Shown piece by piece: positions 35,610 to 49,800 of a stretch of DNA of 64,000 nucleotides (the first letter of the stretch is position 1; the number at the start of each line of letters is the position of its first letter). Made by a program: the position numbers and the translations under genes. Location of the stretch: contig CALSCP010002679.1 of assembly GCA_943704425.1 (NCBI GenBank), forward strand, positions 1-64,000, given 5' to 3'. A model generated the notes under the pieces. That model worked only from the letters and a program-made list of their open reading frames with translations. It did not search any database and was not told the DNA's origin. Origin of the DNA: Ministeria vibrans ATCC 50519. Its lineage: Eukaryota; Protista; Filasterea.

Positions 35610-35774
35610 ATGCTGATTCGAGAGTTCCGAGTTGTGCTGCCCCTGTCGGTGCCCGAGTACCAGGTAGAAGACTGTCTGTCTCCTGCAAATGCATATTTGA
35701 CTCGTCCCTTCTCAAGGTTGGCCAATTGTACGCAGTTGCCGAGGCGAGTAAAAACGAGACTGGTGGCGGTGAAG
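35610..35774 (+). pseudogene. First two exons only of a START-like phosphatidylinositol transfer protein (35610-35663, 35717-35774)
   Basis: Spliced MLIREFRVVLPLSVPEYQ|VGQLYAVAEASKNETGGGEG closely matches the PITP-alpha/beta N-terminus. A GTGAGC donor follows, but I could not find downstream PITP exons in the window. Confidence 0.8.
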
Positions 35775-36268
35775 GTGAGCTCAATGTAGAGAGGGAGAGA
35801 GAGACCCGACGGAAACAGACAAAAAAAAAAAAAAAAAAAAAAAAAAAACGCTCTCTTTCCTCTTCTACGCAACTTGTTGCTCTCTTCATGTGTACACTGT
35901 GTGTCACATGTAAACACTATGCCTCTCCATGCCTCCCTTTAACCACCTCCATCGACAATGTTCTGTTCTTTTTTCACTTTTGTTCACCCACAAACTTCAA
36001 CGCCAAAGTATCGTCACTCGCTCCCTCTGCTCTCCCGCATCTTCTCCCCTACAGCCATCCACCGCTTTCTTTCCCTCCCTATACGCCCACTTTTGCTTCC
36101 CTAGTCTTCTCTCTCGTCGTGCGCGACGCGATCGTTTTATAACATTCTCACTTTTCCCTTCTCACTCTCCTCGCTCTCCCTCCCGCTTCCCCTCTTCTCT
36201 CCTCTCCGCGATGACGTGCCGTTAACAATGCCGTGCTCCTCGTCCTTCCTCTTCTTCCCTTTTCTCAG

Positions 36269-39200
36269 CAACAACAGGTCCTTGTTGAGCTTCTCGAGCA
36301 ACTCACTGCTCGTCCGTCCTTTCCGGGTATCCTCTGCTCGGCCGTCCCACACGACGAAACCGACCGCTTTCTCCAGCGTCTCCCTCAACTCCACCTCTCA
36401 CTTCCCCTCGAAGTCCTTCTCGCCCTCGGCCTTGCTCACTCCTTTGACGAGTCCGTCCAAAGCCGAGGTAGAATTTATTAAGATCATTATTATTTTTATA
36501 ATAATAATAATCATTAATAATAATAATTATTATTATTATTTATTATTTTAATTATTTATATTTTGACGCTGTGTTTATTTAGCCCTTGCGTTTGCCTCTC
36601 GACGCCTGCCGGATCTTCTTCGAGTCGCTTCCACCACCAACAACAGCAGTCCCTCGAGCAGTCCAAGCCACACAGGCAGTAGCAGCAACAGTCTCCTGCA
36701 ACTCGTTCCGCCTGCTCTTCACAACTTCCTCTACCTCAGCGCTTCCTTTGCGTCCCAGCTCAACATCTCGGACGATCAACTTGCGTCGCTGCAGTCCACT
36801 CTCCAGCGTCACCAGTCCGTTTCGTCCGCCTCCACCCTTCTTCTCCCCCATCTATACCCTCAGCTAATCGAAGCCCCCGCGTCGCGCCTCGTCAAGTCCC
36901 TTCAGCTCACCATGACCTCTCTTGATACCGACCTTGCCTCAAACCCATCTCCTCTCGCCGATCTCATTCGCGAACATGGCTCCACCTGCACAGAGTAACA
37001 CACTTATTATATTAATGACAGCGATTACTCACTTCTTTCAACGTACACATCGACAGATCCGTTGCGTTCATGGTGGACTTCATCAAGCACTTTAGTGCCC
37101 GCGAACACCTGACCAACCGCTCCGTTGCTTGTATGCTCAGCATGATGGCCAAAACAGTCAACGAAATTGAGGTGAAAAGAAGAAGAAAATAAACATCAAT
37201 TCTCACATCCAATCAACTTGGAACGCACACCCCACACCATCACATTCTATCTATCCCTTTGTTTTTCTCCCTCTCATATTTCACTTTGTTTCTCTCTCGC
37301 ACACGCTATCACTTCTCTCTCTCTCTCTCTCCACCTTTTTTTCTTTCTCCTCTCTCTCTCTCTTCACCTTTACTTTTTACTTCTCTCTCGCTTTTCGCAT
37401 TTTTTTTCCTCCGCTCTCGCTTTTCACTTTTTTTCTCTCTCTCTTACCACCACTTTGTTTCTCTCCCCTCTCTCAATCTTCTTTTTTTCTTACCAGGACG
37501 GCACTCCACTGCCGTTGAGCCAACAGTCTACACCCGCGTGGGACCAAAAGAAGCACGAAGAACATCCTCAACAGCCGCGATTGCGCCAGTGGAACGTTGA
37601 CAATTTTGTCGATGCCGTTCGCCAGTTGCTGCCCTCCGTCGACTGGAGCCAGGTGGCCATGCATCTCGACAACCCTTACTTTTTTCTGCCTTCCCCTCGT
37701 GGCCTCGACCTGCTTGTCACCGCCTTCAATCGTGCGCAGACTCCCCTGCCTATGAACGCTCTCTATCGCAAATGGAGCAACATTGCCGGTCAGCTGTCAC
37801 TCTATCGTCAGGCCCTCGGCTCGCCCGGTCGCTTTGCCTTCCAGGCCGGTTCTCAAGGTCAAGTTCCCGTCGATAATGCACAGCAGGGCGATCGCACTGT
37901 GCACAACTGGGCCTGCGTCGACCTTGTCGCAACTCTTCTGCTCCTCTCGGAGACCGAATACTTCAATCTTGTTCGCGAACTCTTCGATGCCCCGCGTCGC
38001 ATGTGCCCTAGTGTTCTCCTCCTCGCTCTTGCCGAAGCCAAGGTATGAAAGAAAATGCCATTCTCCCACGTGTTTTGCTGATACTCCTTTACGTACCTTT
38101 TGTAGAGCGAGTCTCCCCCGATGCAGCAGGATCTGATGGTTGCGCTACTTCCGCTCTTTCTCGACACCGCTCCGCACTCCACCGCCGTCATGGCACATCT
38201 CTATGTGCGCAATCCCAAATTTGTTATTGCCGGCCTCGCCCAGTGGCACATTGTTGCTGACGACGCCACAAGTCTTCACCGAATCTTCGACTGTGCTCAA
38301 CGTCTAAAGGTATCAAAACCCCCTCTTATCTGAAATCAACATGCGCAAACACTCTTCTTGTTAGAGCCTCGCCAAGTTTCTGGCCTGTGACAACCACAAA
38401 TTTACCATTGAACTGGCGTGCTTTGCGTCGCGCCACGCCGTAGGGTTCCTCGAGAAATGGACCACCGAAAAGGTTCAGCCATAAAACATGCTATTATTCT
38501 GCACCTTTTTTTTCTTTCTTTCTTTCTTTTGTCTTCTTCTTTTTTTGTTTTCCTCACACCGTGACTTTTTTCTACAGATCCAGGTAGCCGGAATGGACTT
38601 TGTCAATGCGATTGTGTGGTTCTTGCGGGAGCGGGCATTGCGGCCCAACATATCGCCCGTAGCCACTGCCGAGTCAGTCACAGTGCTGGTCAAGGCCCTG
38701 GAAATGTACATGCAGCTCAACGACTTCAAGAAACTTCGCGCCTCGTGTGTCGAAGTGTACCCCGCCGTCGACGCTCTGCTCCGTGCCGCCGGAAGCGCCC
38801 TGCCCTCTGCGTCTACTTCGTCGTCGTTGTCCGGCGCACCCCTGCCCAATGCTCAATCGTCAACCCCATCGTCCTCGCTCTTCTCTGCCATCAACTCAGC
38901 CTCCGTCGCCGCAGGTGGTGGTGGTGGTGGTGGCGGTGGTGGCGCCACTGCTGCTGCTTCTGGTGCTGCTGTCGGTGGCGGCACGGGCGACTCGCAGTTC
39001 TCGCAGGATATCGAACATCAGGCCAATGTGCTCTTCTCTAAGGTGTACCACAACCAAATGGGCATCTCGACATTCCTCGAACTTCTCAAGCAGTTCAAGG
39101 AAAGTTCTCGACCCAAAGAGCGCGACATCTTCAACTGTACCATCCGCTACCTGCTCGACGACCATCGTCATTTTCAGACGTTTCCCGACGAGGCCCTTAA

Positions 39201-42200
39201 GATCACTGGCGTCCTTGTGGGCTCCATCGTCCAGCACCAGCTTGTCAGTCACGAGACGCACAGCGTTGCTCTCCGCCGTATTCTCGAGGCACTCCGCAAG
39301 CCCGCCGACTCCAACATGTTCCGCTTTGGCGTGTGTGCTCTCAAACAGTTTATGACACGTCTTCCCGAACTGTCTCCCTACGCCGAGTACATCTTGCGTG
39401 TGCCTCACTTTGATTTGATCCCCGCTCAAATCCAACATTACGTGCGCCTCGGTGTCTCCAACGCTTCCGACACCAACAACAGCGACGCGGCCAACCTTGA
39501 TCTTGTTGGCGCAGCAGCAGCAGCAGCAACCGCCCCATCCTCATCGAATGCGTCTGCCACGCACACTCCGGGTACGCCCACCACGTCGACACCGTCCTTT
39601 GGCTCACTCTTCTCACCCACAGCATCTCCCGCCACTGCCGCTGCGGCAACCGCTGCCGCTGCTGCCGCCGTCGCTGCCGCCGCCGCCGTGGCCGCCTCGG
39701 GTGGCTCACCCAACACCCCGTCACTCAGTGGGAATGCGCAGGGTAACATCAAGTTGCTGATGACGGCGAGCGAACATCAGAATGCGGACGCTGTGCGACC
39801 CTCGGCCAGCATCGAAGAGAAGATTTACTTTCTCATCAACAACCTGACACAGCAGCAAATGCCCCAGCGTGTGCCCGAATTCAAGGAGCTCGTTGTTGTC
39901 GACTATTACCCCTGGTTCTCGCAGTATCTCGTCGCAAAGCGTGCCAGCATCGAGCCCAATCACTTGGCGCTTTATATGTCGTTCCTCGAGGCGGTCAGCG
40001 AGTCGCGTCTTTTTGAAGAGGTACTCGCCGCCACTTACTCCAATGTGCGCGTGCTCCTGCGCATGGAGAAAATTGGCACTTCTGCTGGCTCGACCGAGCG
40101 ATCGTTGCTCAAGAACCTTGGAGCCTGGCTTGGCATGCAGACCCTCTTGCGCAACCGCCCTATCCTTCACCGCGACCTGCCTCTCAAGGACCTCCTTGTG
40201 CAAGCCTTCGACCGCAACCAGTTGCTCCATGTAGTGCCCTTCACCGCTAAGGTGCTCGAGTCGTGCAAGAGCCGCGTCTTCCGACCGCCCAATCCCTGGA
40301 CCATGGGCCTGCTGGCGGTTCTCAAGGAGATGCATCAGCTCGTCGACCTTAAGATCAATCTCAAGTTTGAGGTGGAGGTTCTCTGTCGCAACCTCGCCAT
40401 TGACATTGCCGCCATTGAGCCGTCCACCATTCTGCGCGACATCCGTCAGCGTCGTGTCGCTAGCCAGTCGCTCACCCTTGACGACAACGGCCGTCTCACC
40501 TCGCTGATGGGTCCCCAATCGGGCGGCAACATTGGAAGCCCGCTTGCTTCCTCTTCGACCATGTCTCCGTCAAGCGCTGCCGCCGCTGCCGCGGCCGCGG
40601 CCGCCACCACAGTGGCTACGGGTGGAAATAACGCCGGTGGTGGCAACAACAACAACAACAACCAGACGCTGTCGTCGTCGTCGCCCATGGGATCGCCTTT
40701 GCCTCAGGCTGCCGCACATCGCCCCGTCCTGAGCTTGTCCACGTCGGCCGTCGCGAACCTTACACCATTTTTGGTGGCCAACTCAAATGCCTTCCTCTTT
40801 GTGCAACAACCTCAATTGAAGCAGTTTGTGCCCATGGCTATTGAGCTGGCCGTTCAGGAAATCATCCAGCCGGTTGTCGAGCGGTCCTGCACCATTGCCT
40901 GCATCTCGACACAAGAACTACTCACCAAGGACTTTTCACTGGAACCCGACGAGAACAAAATGCGTGTGGCCGCACAGCAGATGGCCACGTCGCTCGCCGG
41001 CTCCCTCGCCATGGTCACCTGCAAGGAGCCTCTGCGCATCTCCGTTGGCAACCACTTGCGCACACTGCTGCAGAACAGCATGCCACCTAACATGCCGGAG
41101 GCTCAGGCGCTCATGGACCAGGCGGTGCAATTTGCGTGCGCCGACAACATCGACGTGGCGTGTGCCTTCATCGAGAAGGCGGCGCAAGAGAAGGTGAGCG
41201 TTGACATTAACGAGCACCTTGTCAATGCGTACGCTGTGCGCCGACGACACCGCGAGAGCCGTTCGCAGCAGCCCTTCTTTGACCAGGCTGCCCAGTCGGC
41301 ACTCTCCGCCTTTTCTACTTCACTTCCCGAACTGCTGCGTCCCAAGATTGGCGGCCTCACCATGCGTCAGCAGCGCGTGTACGAAGGCTTCGTCAAGCTT
41401 GGTGGCGGCGGCGGGTCGGCTGCCGGAACAGCGGCTGGAGCGGCCACTGCTGGCGGAGCAACAAGCGGAGCCTCTGCGCCCACGACACCTTTGGGCGCGT
41501 CTCCTCTGTCGCCCGTTGACGCCGCCAAGAAGCAGCCCCAGTTGTCGTCCTCGTCGTCACCGCAGTCACCCACCAAAATGGACGGTCCTTACCTGCAACA
41601 GCAACAGCTCGCGGCAGCCGGTCAACTCTTGGACCGCGCCCTCACTGATGCCGATCAGATCGTCTCGCGACAGGCGCCCACGGCGACCTTGGCATCACTG
41701 CCGCCCCAACACGAACTGCGCAATGTTGTTGCGCGCTTCGGCTTGTGTTTGGAGCAAAGTGGTGCGCAACGTGAGGACCTTGCCGCTGCCTTTGCACATC
41801 GACTGTTCCCACTGCTCCACCGCTCGACCGTTCGTCTCTTCCGCGACGTGTGCATTGCTGCCATGGAGGCGTGCCGTGACTCGTGTGCTCGACCCACGCG
41901 CATTCACCAGGACCTCACGCAAGCACTCATTTCCGCCATTGACGAGCGTCGCTTCACCATTGATGGCATTCTGGCGCTGTGTCGCAAGCGCCTTGTCAAC
42001 TTGGTCGAGCTCGACGCGCACTTGGCCAAGCTGTCGGACCAGGGCCACAATACGGCCGTATGTGACTTTGCCATTGCGCTGCTGCAACAACTGCTTCTCG
42101 ACGAGCCGACTGGTCTGGTGCGAGCGCAGGACTTCTGGCAAACACTTGACATGCTCGCGCGTGTTCGTCGTGTGCCCGAGTCTCTTGTGCCGGCCGCACA

Positions 42201-44070
42201 GCAGGCTCAAGGCATTGCTGAGGCGGTCGCCAAGGGTATTTCGTCGCCGCAGGTGCCCGGCTCGCCGTCCGTCCAGCAGCAACAGATGCAGCAGCAACAG
42301 ATGCTTCAGCAGCAACAGCAGCAACAGCTTGCCGATGAGGCCAAGGATGCTCAGATTGTGCTGTTGGCCGATCAGGGCCGCGACCCGCCCTTCTTGCGCG
42401 ACCGTGCGGTGGCGCTCTTCGACGAGTGGTTCCGCATTGTGAGTCTGCCGCAAAGTGCGCCCGACAAACTTGCGGCGCACTTTGCCCAGCGACTCTCTCT
42501 CACGTTCACCACCGAAGATCTTGTTACTCGCCTGCTGCGCGTCTGCGCCGAGCAGGCCATCGAGGCAACATACCAGGCAATGGGTAGTGCTGCGAACTCC
42601 TCGACCTCGTCGCCCGCAACACCATCCGCGTCCGACTCAACGACCGACGGCAACGGCAACCAGCTGCCCACGCGACCTTCGGCCGTGACCATGTCGCTTG
42701 TGATGGCCTCCTCCAACAAGTACTGTGCCATTGATGCGCTGCGCAAGCTCGTCGTGCTCGTCGTGAAGACTGTCGGTGGCGCAGAGCCCAAGGATGCGTC
42801 GGCGCGCGTCAACGTGTTGTCGCTGGCACTCAGTGCGTTTGCCAGTCTGCTCACGCGCGACTGCGAACGTCGTCGTCAGCTATTCAACCAGCGCCCCTAC
42901 CATCGTCTGCTGCACGGCCTGCTTGTCGAGCTTACCGAGCCCGATGCGTTGTTGGACGCCATAAGCTTCCAGGTGCTCCTACGGTTCGGTGCGACCCTGC
43001 ACGCCATTGACCCGACGCGCGCGCCCGCCTTTGTCTTTGCCTGGCTCGAGCTCGTGTCGCACCGCAGCTTCATGATCAAGCTGCTCCTCGTTAAGTCGCG
43101 CAAGGGCTGGCCCATGGTGCAGCGACTACTCGTGGCCATGTTGCGCTACCTGGCGCCCTTCCTGGCGCGCGCCCAGCTGACCGAGCCCATCCGCGTGCTC
43201 TACAAGGGCGTCCTACGTGTCTTGCTTGTACTCCTTCACGACTTCCCCGAGTTCCTCACTGACTACCATTTTGGCTTTTGCGACGTCATTCCCGCGACGT
43301 GCGTCCAAATGCGCAACCTGGTCTTGTCGGCGTACCCGCGCAACATGCGCCTGCCCGATCCATTCACGCCCAATCTAAAGGTCGACCTGCTCCCCGAGAT
43401 CAACCAGCCGCCGCGGATGCTCTTCAATGTGGGCGCGACCCTGCAGCGTCAGCTGCGCACCGAACTAGACTCGTACCTGAGCACACGCGCACCCGCGTCT
43501 TTCCCGGCCGAGCTGCACCGAACGCTGCAGGGCAACGTACCCCTCATCAATGCGCTCGTCTTCTACGTGGGCATGCAGGCGATCACGCAGATCCAGAAGC
43601 CACAGGGTGTCGCATCCATCACCAACTCGCCCGCCATGGACGTGTTCAAGCGACTCGCTACGGATCTCGACACGGAGAGCCGCTACTACTTCCTGAATGC
43701 GCTTGCGAATCAACTGCGCTACCCCAACAGCCACACGCACTACTTCAGCTGCGTGCTGCTTTTCCTCTTTGCCGAGGTCGACAACGAGGCGGTGCAAGAG
43801 CAGATTACGCGCGTGCTGCTCGAGCGCATCATTGCCATGCGACCGCACCCCTGGGGCGTCATCATCAGTCTGGTGGAGCTCCTCAAGAACCACCAGTTTC
43901 GCTTTTGGGAGCGTGAATTTGTGCAAATTCCTGAAATCAAGCGGGTCCTCATTAACGTATGGCGCTCAACCACACCAAGTGCACCGCCACAGCAAGGCGG
44001 TGGTCCCCCACAACAGCCGGGGGGTCGGACCCCCGAGGTGGGCGGTCCTCAGCAAGTGCAGGATGCCTAA
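36269..44070 (+). CDS. CNOT1: CCR4-NOT scaffold subunit 1; several short 5' exons and a ~5.5 kb last exon from 38578. The true start probably lies ~35890-36260
   Basis: WNVDNFV, KWSNIAGQLS, FPDEALKITGVLVG, KRASIEPNH, LLKNLGAWLG, FRPPNPW, LKFEVEVL, KDFSLEPDE, VTCKEPLR, FNQRPYHR, LLHDFPEFL, LPDPFTPNLKVDLL, QLRYPNSHTHYFS, RPHPWG. Confidence 0.96.
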
Positions 44071-44345
44071 GAGGGAGAGAGAGAGAGAGAGAGTGCGTGT
44101 GTGTGTGTGTGTAAGAGAGACAGATGCCGAGTGTGTTCTGTTGTGTGCGAATGTGTGTGAAAGGGAGAATGTCAAATGAACACGAAAAAGGAAAAAGGAA
44201 TTGTGTAAACAAAAATTGAATGGTATAGCGGCAGAGAAAATTGAACGGGGGAGTGATTGAGAAGGACGCGATTCGCCCTTTTGCCGAGACAAATAATAAA
44301 TTTTAATAATAATTATTTTTTTAAAAAAAAAATAGATTTATTTTT

Positions 44346-44753
44346 AGAAGAAGAATAATAATACAACCCATTTATTACAGTCACCACGCGAAAACACTAG
44401 AGTTTCGGTTGAGTTTACATGGGAGAACAGTGGCAGGTCAGAGTGCTGTGTCGTCGCTATGTAGTGAGGCAATCGCGATGGCACGCCATACCCCCAGTGG
44501 AGGCTTTGAGCTCTAATGACACCATGAAGGTGTTTGTCGACAAAGAGTGTAATGTCGAAGTCGTTGTTGAAGCAATCGGATCGGTGGTCGACGGCGGCAA
44601 GTCCAGGTGGCTGCGGGGCGCTTCCCTGGTGTACTAATTTGAAGAAAGAAGAAGAATACATCCCGTTTATTAATGATACAGTCACCACGTAAGATGCAGC
44701 CAGCCCGCCTTGCAAGCTCAATTGAAAATATAGAGATAACATGGGAGAACAGT
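44346..44753 (-). mobile_element. Two adjacent 5'-truncated family A 3'-UTR fragments (~44346-44633 and ~44641-44753)
   Basis: They share tacaacccatttat..cagtcaccacg..ggtacgccatacccccagtgg motifs with 13341-13655. Confidence 0.85.
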
Positions 44754-45238
44754 GATTTATTAGTATTATTATTGTTATATTAAATAAGATAATAATTATA
44801 TGTCTTTTTTTTTTCGTCTCTGTGGCGCCTCGATCGTGACGAGCGCCTCACGCGATACAAGCGCAGTATGCATCAACACGCGATTGCAACACATTATGCT
44901 ATGAAGCGGCGGTAATCGATAGTAAGACTATGTCTTGTAACTGAATGCCGCTGCACTTTCCTTTTTATTGCGTCTTATTATTTTTAAGTAGGTAATGCAC
45001 TGAAGCGTAATAATAATAATTATTATTATTATAATGCGATAGACAGTTCGACACCCTCTCTGCACATGTACCCTGGGTGAGATGCCTAAAATCCCAAGCA
45101 CGGCTTGAGCACGGTATCATATTCATTGTTATACGAAGTGGGGAAAGGAGAAGACATCATACAATAATTATAGAGATTCCATCATAGCTTAACCCCAAGA
45201 AGTTTATTCCCTTTATAATTATAACGTCTTTAATTATT

Positions 45239-46082
45239 AGAAGAACAACAATGCAACCACCTATTAATGATGCAGTCACCATGGCCACGCAAAAGACACA
45301 CCCAGCCCGCCTTGCAAACTCAACCGAAACTCTAGAGGTAACATGTGAGAACAGTGACAGGTGAGACTAGATCTAGAGTGCTGTGTCGTCGCTATGCCGT
45401 GAGGCAATCGCAATGGTACGCCATACCCCCAGTGGGGGCTTAGGGCTCTGACATCACTGGTGTCTGTCGGCTGCAAGGAGTGTAAAGTCGAAGTCGTGGT
45501 AGAAGCGATTGGATCGGTGGTCGGCGGCGGCAAGTCCAGGTGGCTGCGGAGCACTCCCGTGGTACACAGGCGGCACGAGTCGGCTGTAGGGCGGCCGGTG
45601 TGCTTGTTGTTGTGACTATGTGTTAGATTATGAGGATAAAGATATGTATGGGTAGGGGGAAAAAACAAGGGGTTCGGAAGGGTAAAGCACTGACTGAGTG
45701 CCGTTGACGGCGACGATGAAGCATTTGTACATCGGGGGATGAAATGCTTCATAGTGTGTGTCGTTGGTCGCGCGCAGTGCCTCGGCAAGGTTTTTGCCGC
45801 CCGGTAAGTCGTGTCGGTGTCGGTATAACCGCTGGGTGAGCACGGTGGAGCAGAAAGTGTTCTGGGCTCTCCGTGGTCAGCGGTGGTTGTTGCAGCTGTT
45901 AACTTTGTAGTTGTTATGGATGTGGTTGTGGGACGGCTGCGCACGCGCGACACAGAAATGTGTCGCCCGTCGCGCCGAAGGGAATGTTGAACCGAGCAAA
46001 GGCTAGGCTTATCATACCTCGGCGGATCCAGGTGGTGCCCGTGAAGAGTGCGTTACAGCGGAGAAGCAGCAGCACTTGCCCA
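45239..46082 (-). mobile_element. Family A fragment: ORF C-terminus (zinc knuckle) plus 3' UTR
   Basis: Colinear with 13341-14180; GQVLLLLRCN...CRAC...ESPEHFLLH. Confidence 0.9.
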
Positions 46083-46894
46083 GAAATAATCTTCTTTTAT
46101 AATAATAATAATAATAATAATAATGATAATAATAATAATAATAATAATACGAAATAAATACGTTGTCGTATAGCGAGCGTACGACGAACTCGAGAATAAT
46201 TATTATATTTTTATGAATGGATGAATAAAGCGTCTTTTATGATGATCTTCGAAATCGATGCTACGTGCTCTACTGAAGCTCTAGTGAGCTTCGGGAGTAA
46301 ATCGGGAGTAAATCGGGACTTCATCGGGACTCGGATCCGAATTGATTAAACTTGAAATGCCAATGGGAGAATAGCTGGAGCTGAGACACGGCTCCTCCAA
46401 AACTGTACTCTACCCCATGGGAAGTGGGAAGGAAGTGGGAACCAACTTCCACAACTCGCCCGAAGTGAGACCACGCGCCAAGGCCTGGCATCGCTGTCTT
46501 CGTCTTCTATCGGAGCGACGCCCCAACGACTGGGTCATGGTCCCACTCGTCTGACGTTTCCAAAGAATCCGGACGAGGAATGATCCTCATCATTAATAAT
46601 TGGCAAACTGTCAGTTGCAGGAAAAAGACGAAAAAAAAAGTGTGACATTGATTGACTGATTGTTGAACAAAAGGTAGACTGAATCATTTAATACGTTTGA
46701 CCGTGAATTCATGATGTTGAATTGTTGATTGTCAAATTTGTCATGTTCAATGGGAATCGCAGTTTGCTTAGCTTTCAAATTTGTAATTCATAAACAAGAA
46801 AACCACATCGTACATAAAAGTGACTATTCAAAAGACGTGATGAATTCTTTTTTTCATTCACTTCGACAAAAAAATTTTCTCTCTCCTCTCTCTC

Positions 46895-49800
46895 TCACAG
46901 ACTCTCAATGATTCCATTGCAAATGTCTCCCATCTCCAGCCCATCGCAAATGGAGCGTCCCAAACGAATGAGCAAATTGACAATGGTTTTGGCCAAACTG
47001 CCCAAATCAATCGTTAGGTCAAACTTGAGCGGAATGCCAAAGACGACGGCGTCGAGTGCAACACTCAGTGTGCCCTGCAGCTTGCCCGGGAATAGTTCGA
47101 GGAACACATTCAGGTTGTTGAGCTGGAATGCCTTCATGAACAGACTGATGAGTCCGTCAATCGCCATAAAGCCCAAATTGACCACTCCACGCGCCAGTCC
47201 CACCGCTGCATCGCACAGGAAGAAGCGCGCCTCGCGATGCAGCGCCATCTGTGTGCGCGGAATGTACGCGTGATCGTCGACATCCACATACGACGACACC
47301 ACCTTGTCATCATCGTCAAACACAGACGTGCCGTACTCGAACGTTCCCCGTCGCCACACCTCAACTTCCTCGTGGGTGCCCACTCCCTTGGCACACCGAC
47401 CAGTCGCGTCCCACATGCGATCCGCCCACACACACGAGCCAGACGCACAATCGCGGTCCTGCAGACACGCAATGCCCGCCGGCACCTCTCCCTTGGCCCA
47501 CCAGCACCGTCCGTCGATGGTGCGATTGCGTGGATCGTTCGGCGACGCACACTCGTACTTCCATTCGCCATCCTCGAGCAGCCACTTCTCGTCGTCGTGT
47601 GCCGCCACCAGTGCACGATCAGACTCCGTCAGTGTCGCCATGTGTGCCAACAGCTGACGGTCCTCCTCCTCAAAGGACGGTGGCATCACAGGCGCATGCA
47701 GCGCATTGCCCCGCCCATTTTCCGCCGAGCGTCGACGGTGCTCCGACAACATCTCATTTGTCCACATCATCTCTTCCTCTTCCTCCTCTACCTCGTCGTT
47801 CATCTCTTCCGGCCGCTGCATGGCAGCCACCTCCTGGTACCGCTGCTCGGCCAGATCAGCCTCACGCGCCCACTCGGCTTCCCACGCGTCTACAGCAGGA
47901 GTGCCTGGCAGCGCTACCCGTCGCTTGGGCGCCGCTTGGAAGTGTCCTGTCGACTCTTCTTCGTCGCGTCCATTGTCAAACTCCATATCATTCTCCCACA
48001 CCTCGTCGTCCATCTCTGCGTCGCGACGTGTCACCGCCGCCAAATGCGAACCCTGCAACATGTCCGGGAATTCACTGCTGGCACTCGCCACACTGCCACC
48101 ATACAGCATCGGCATGTCGCTTGGGTCGGGCGATGCCATGCCATACAGTGTTACGGAGCCACGCGTCGACCACAACGCCAGTGTCACCAGCCCCGCCTTG
48201 GACGAAGCTGCAACTACCGCGGTCGCTGTGCACTGTAGCTGAACAAACTGCCGATCCGACGTGGTGTAGCCGGCTTCTTCGCAACGAATCGACGGCGTGG
48301 GCGTCGTGTGACGCAGCTCTACCGCACTCTCGTACCACGACCAGGCAGCGCCCACCGTCGTCGTCGACGCGTCCAACAGTGGCGCATTGCCCAGTGCCTC
48401 GCCCACAATCTGATCGGGCGCACAGTCAACGCACGTGACAAACAGCACGAAGCGTGTATCGGCGGCCGGCGGCATCGTCGTTGGCTTCACAAACTGCATC
48501 ACAATCGACGTGGCCGACGTCGCCTGCCACACCGTGTTCTCCAGCTCAACGGAACGCGGTACAAAAGCTTCACCTCGCGACGTCAGGGTCCATCGCGACT
48601 GCACACCCGCATCATACTCCACCGCAGCCGCATACACCTGCGACTTCATTGCGTACTGCGGCGGTGGCGCACACACGTCATGCGCACCCACACTGTTCGG
48701 CACGCATCGGTCCACAAGTGTCTCATCGGCTCCTCGCGTGCCCTTCAAACACTGGCCCAGCTCGGCCGGATTGCACTGCGAGCCAATGGGAAGATCCCCG
48801 CGTGCACTGAACGGACACACACCCGCGCTGTCCAACTGAAGGAACGTCTCAAAGCACGCCAACACACACACGTTGGCCACGCACTCGGCTGTGCCGCGTG
48901 TTGCCGGTCGACACTGACTCGATGTGTAGCAACCGTCACCCGCAGGAATATCACTGACACCCAGGTAGTCACAACTGCCGTCCTTGCGCAACTTAATGCT
49001 CGGGTGAGCACACGCAGGTGTACATGTGCCACGCGTGCACTTGGCAATACCACGCACGCGCGGGACACACTGCGAGTCCTTGTTGCACGACGAGCCTGCT
49101 GGTAAGTCAGCGTGTCCCTGAAGTGTACACCGACCCGTCTCGGGATGCACTGGGATGTCATCAAAGAGACACTGCTCGCGACACTGATTTGCCACACACA
49201 CAAACACCGCGTTGGAGATCTCCTGACGACAGTTGCGTGTAACATTGCACGGTCCAAACGGTGGCACGTCCCACTCGCCGCTGTACAGACACTCGCCAAG
49301 CGAGTTGAGCGGCGTGTTTGCCATGTAGCAAGTCTGCTCACACACACCCGCAACGCACGCCGCCGATCCACCGCCACGTCGCTGACACTGCGAATCGGCT
49401 GTGCATTCGTGGCCCACTGGCAGATCGGCGTTGCCGCTGTACTGGCACTGTGGCACACGGTCCACAACGAGTAGAGGAACTTGCAGGCGACACTGATGCG
49501 CACACGCGCCCGCAATGCAGCTCGCGTCACCCTTGCGCGGTGCAGCACACTCCGAATCATACTGGCATGTCAGTCCCACCGGCAGGTCGGACTCGCCCTT
49601 GTACTTGCACGTGCCATCTGCCTGGTGCGGAATGTCGTCCCACACGCACTTCTCGACACAGGTGCGGTCCTGGCACACTGTGCTCTTGCAATGGTGCATC
49701 TCGACACACTGCATTCCCAGTGGCACATCTTCAAGACCCTCGTACTCGCAGGCGGTACCCAGTGGCGTCGCCTTGAGCGAGTATGGGCACAGCATCTCGC

